A stretch of DNA of 64,000 nucleotides, taken from contig OU015566.1 in assembly GCA_907165135.1 (NCBI GenBank), forward strand, positions 8,122,001 through 8,186,000. The letters run 5' to 3'. Position numbers and translations under genes: made by a program. Shown piece after piece: positions 61,101 through 64,000 of this stretch (positions within the stretch are counted from its first letter, which is position 1; each line of letters begins with the position of its first letter). Under the pieces are notes generated by a model, which was not told the DNA's origin, did not search any database, and saw only the letters and a list, made by a program, of their open reading frames with translations. This DNA comes from Oikopleura dioica. Taxonomy: Eukaryota; Animalia; Chordata.

Positions 61101-64000
61101 TTTCCGGTCTTGGTGGCGATCTTTGATGAGTTGATGGTGGAATGACAGATGGTGTAATCATTCCAGAAATACACTGAATCGGGCTAGTTCGTTGAATGTT
61201 GATTTCAGTGTCGCTGAGAACAAAAGGCCAGACATTAGCATCAATTATGGTGGAAGGACCTTGACCAACAAATACGGCTGCTCCCGTGATCTTTTCAAAG
61301 GCACTTGAAGAGGCTTCAATTTGCTCAGAGTTCACAAAAATCCGATGCTCCTGCTCATCGGAATCCTGGGTCACGCAGATAAAAGAGAGATCAGTGACTG
61401 ACATTTCTTTTTCTGCAGACTTTCCGCCAACATTTACTTTCCAACCACTCGCTGTTGTTGACAGTGAAAGTACTGATGATACGCCTGAAGCAGAGGGTTG
61501 CATAAGCGAGAGAACTGATGGCATTGATGGCGCTGCTCGAGCCCAGGTACAGACAGTCCAATAATCTCCTAAATTGTATGGTCCAAGTTTAGTTGTTTCT
61601 TTTGAATCCATTTGATAATGAGACCGCTCACAATTGGCCTTGAACTTGATTTGGACCTCATCTGTGTATGTATCATCGAGTTTGGCAGATAGGGTCAACG
61701 TGTACTCAATATCAGGATGAAGATTGCCCACTGTTAAGAATTTATTCATCACTTCGACAGGTCGGTTGACTCCCTGAGCTTTTTCGAATAATTGACCATT
61801 TGAAGGGTTCAAATGAACTAAATATGACGCTTCGTCGCTCTCAGCGTAGTCTGACCAGTCGATTTTGACTGAATCCTTTCGTTGTTCCACAACTGATAGT
61901 TTTGGCGGTTCGGGCCCTGTTCTCACGGTAAATGTCTTCTCGTCGGAAAGTTTTGTTAACGCATGTTTTTCGACAAGAAGCTCGAACTCCTGTGCAGACT
62001 TGGGTATGACAGGAAGATAACCGATAACAAACATCGTGATGTTGAACTCCGTATCTGGTTCAAGGCCTTTGATAATTAAGTTGTCTTTTGTTGGTGGAAG
62101 TATCGAGCTTGACATTTGAGCTGGTTTCGGATCGATTTTGATAACAGTTCCCCTAGACCCCTTTGGATTTTGCCATCCAAGTTGGAACTCAGTCGTCATC
62201 GGTCGAACTGCATGCGGTGGAGGAAGTGGACCAGTTGAGACAACGATTTTGACGATGTTTGATTTGTAGTTAGAACCGCCTTTTCCAATACCGCGAATAT
62301 TGATGTTATGTGTCGAACCACCTCGCAAACCACCAACAGCCGTTTGAACACAGTTTTCACCGCGACCGCCGCATTGGGGGATCCCGGCAGCCTCGAACGA
62401 CTCCCAAATGCTCAAGTCCATGTAAAGACCATTCTTGAAACTCTCTGACTCCGGCCACACGGTTATTTCATAGCCGGCAAAATCATCGTTTTTCAATCTT
62501 ATCAATTGTGTTGAGCGTGATTTTGTGTTGGCGGCTAGCATAATGCCAAGTTTTGGAAGTGTGCGGAAGGTGGCCTCGGAGTTGTATTCTTCAATATTGT
62601 CACCGTCTTTAGTGATTGTTTTGAGAGTGATCTTGTAATCTGTATCTGGGCTGACAAATCGAATGAATTTGATTTCTGTTACTGTAGTGTTTCCATTTGT
62701 ATGTGTTTGAATTGGAGGCTCGACATTGACTTCAAATGTCAAGAGGTTTTCGACGGCGCCCCATCTGACGTGGAACTCATCAGTTCCGACAGAAACAATT
62801 TCAATGCATGGGCCAGGTCGAACGACAAGATTATCAATGGCAATGTCAGATTTGAAGTTGTCCCCTCTCGTGGCAAAAACGTCAAAGGCAACTTGAAAGC
62901 TCTCATTTGTTGGTCTGTAGTTATACCTCAAGTTGTTCCATAAGTTTCCTTTGTCGCCTTTCAGTACGACGAGTTCTCTGCGAGAAGCTTTATCATCGTC
63001 TTCTTCTTCGTCGTCTTCTTCGCCTTCGAGGGTAGTTTTGATATCCAAGACTTGGCTCTGCGTTTTTTCTAGAGCAGTGATAGCTAAGGAGCCAGTTCCA
63101 GATCCCCACATGTGATAGTCGAGGGATACACAGTACGGAATCGATGCCATGGGAATAGATTTGATTCGAGCTCCTTGTCCATTTTCGACATCTGACGCCT
63201 CGAGGTACAAGTACTGATCAGCTTGGTCGTAATTTTTAGTTATGATGGGTCCGCGACCAGCTTCTGGCCCAGTCTCGTCAGATGGAGTACGAGAAGCCGT
63301 CCGTTTAAAATCTACTGCATCGATTCGTCCACCCAGTTGACTCCAGCCGCATTGATGAATGTTCTTCTTGTTCATGTCGCACATTTCAAGGCCTTTTGGA
63401 AGAGCCAAATCAGCAACAAGTGCTTCGACACGTTGTTCAAGACTGTTTTCATCGAATTGTTTGACAGCGTTGCAGTCGCTGGGAATCAAGGAAATTTCAT
63501 CAAGACCAATGTCCGATTTGTACGAATTTCCTCGAGTTGCCTCAAATAGGAACATGAACGGTCCCTTATTATCTTTTTTGACACTGATTCTTGCGTTGAT
63601 CCAGTTTTTGCCCTGATCTCCACTTTTATACCAAATCATAGTTGATTTATCGGGTCGTTGGCCATTTCTGATCATGTAAACTTTCAACTCTCCCATTGGA
63701 CTTCTGACGGTACTGGTAGTCCACATATGGTAGTAGAAATTCAGACAGTAATCAGAGTCCATCTCGAATTTTTTCGTCGCGATCATTGCATTATCACCGG
63801 GTCTGGCAGGTTTGGAAGCTTCAAGGAAAATATAACCTCCTTTTCCAGACACATCAGTCTGTGGACCAGTTCCTTCAGTAGGAGTGTAGCCCGAATGAAC
63901 AATCCAATCATGCTTTGCCATTCCTGGAGATTGTCTCATCGCACATTTATCGTCAAGACCTTTGTTGAAGTTGCAAGACCAACCATCACAAGGATGCATA
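58151..64000 (-). CDS. Large MAM / fibronectin type III / pentraxin-LamG protein, 5'-partial, ending in KDEL
   Basis: Two MAM domains (~62800-63990; CNF...TPTEGTGP...YIFLEAS...CLNFYYHM...DIGLDEI), FN3 arrays, a pentraxin-like domain (WTVCTWA...DANVWPFVLSDTEI, ~61200-61630), more FN3, and a final MAM ending IAIDDLKLESGPCWSKDEL*. Confidence 0.88.

Overview
Gene-dense eukaryotic DNA with about 17 protein-coding genes in 64 kb. Most introns are about 35-60 nt, several apparently use GA or GC donors or AAG acceptors, and intergenic gaps are very short. This architecture points to the larvacean tunicate Oikopleura (probably O. dioica); the assignment is inferred, not shown. Recognisable genes: an ELMO-domain protein, an SH3 adaptor, CIMIP1/C20orf85, NOP58, SmD2, an SLC43-type transporter, a ZP-domain protein, a RING protein, an acyl-CoA oxidase, cytosolic IleRS, a trithorax/MLL-type SET methyltransferase, a PLA2-like/EGF/VWA protein, RSPH1 and a large MAM/FN3/pentraxin protein, plus several orphans. 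Most notable: (1) a 769-bp MITE with ~93-bp TIRs and an 8-bp TSD inside a coding exon, which could be spliced out in frame as a new non-canonical intron; (2) a predicted chromodomain + three degenerate PCBP-type KH + two RRM protein; (3) a canonical KDEL ending the MAM/FN3 protein; (4) an acyl-CoA oxidase with no PTS1 or PTS2 and a mitochondrial-type N-terminus; (5) a giant acidic protein built from DYSRP repeats. All gene models were spliced by hand and need transcript confirmation.
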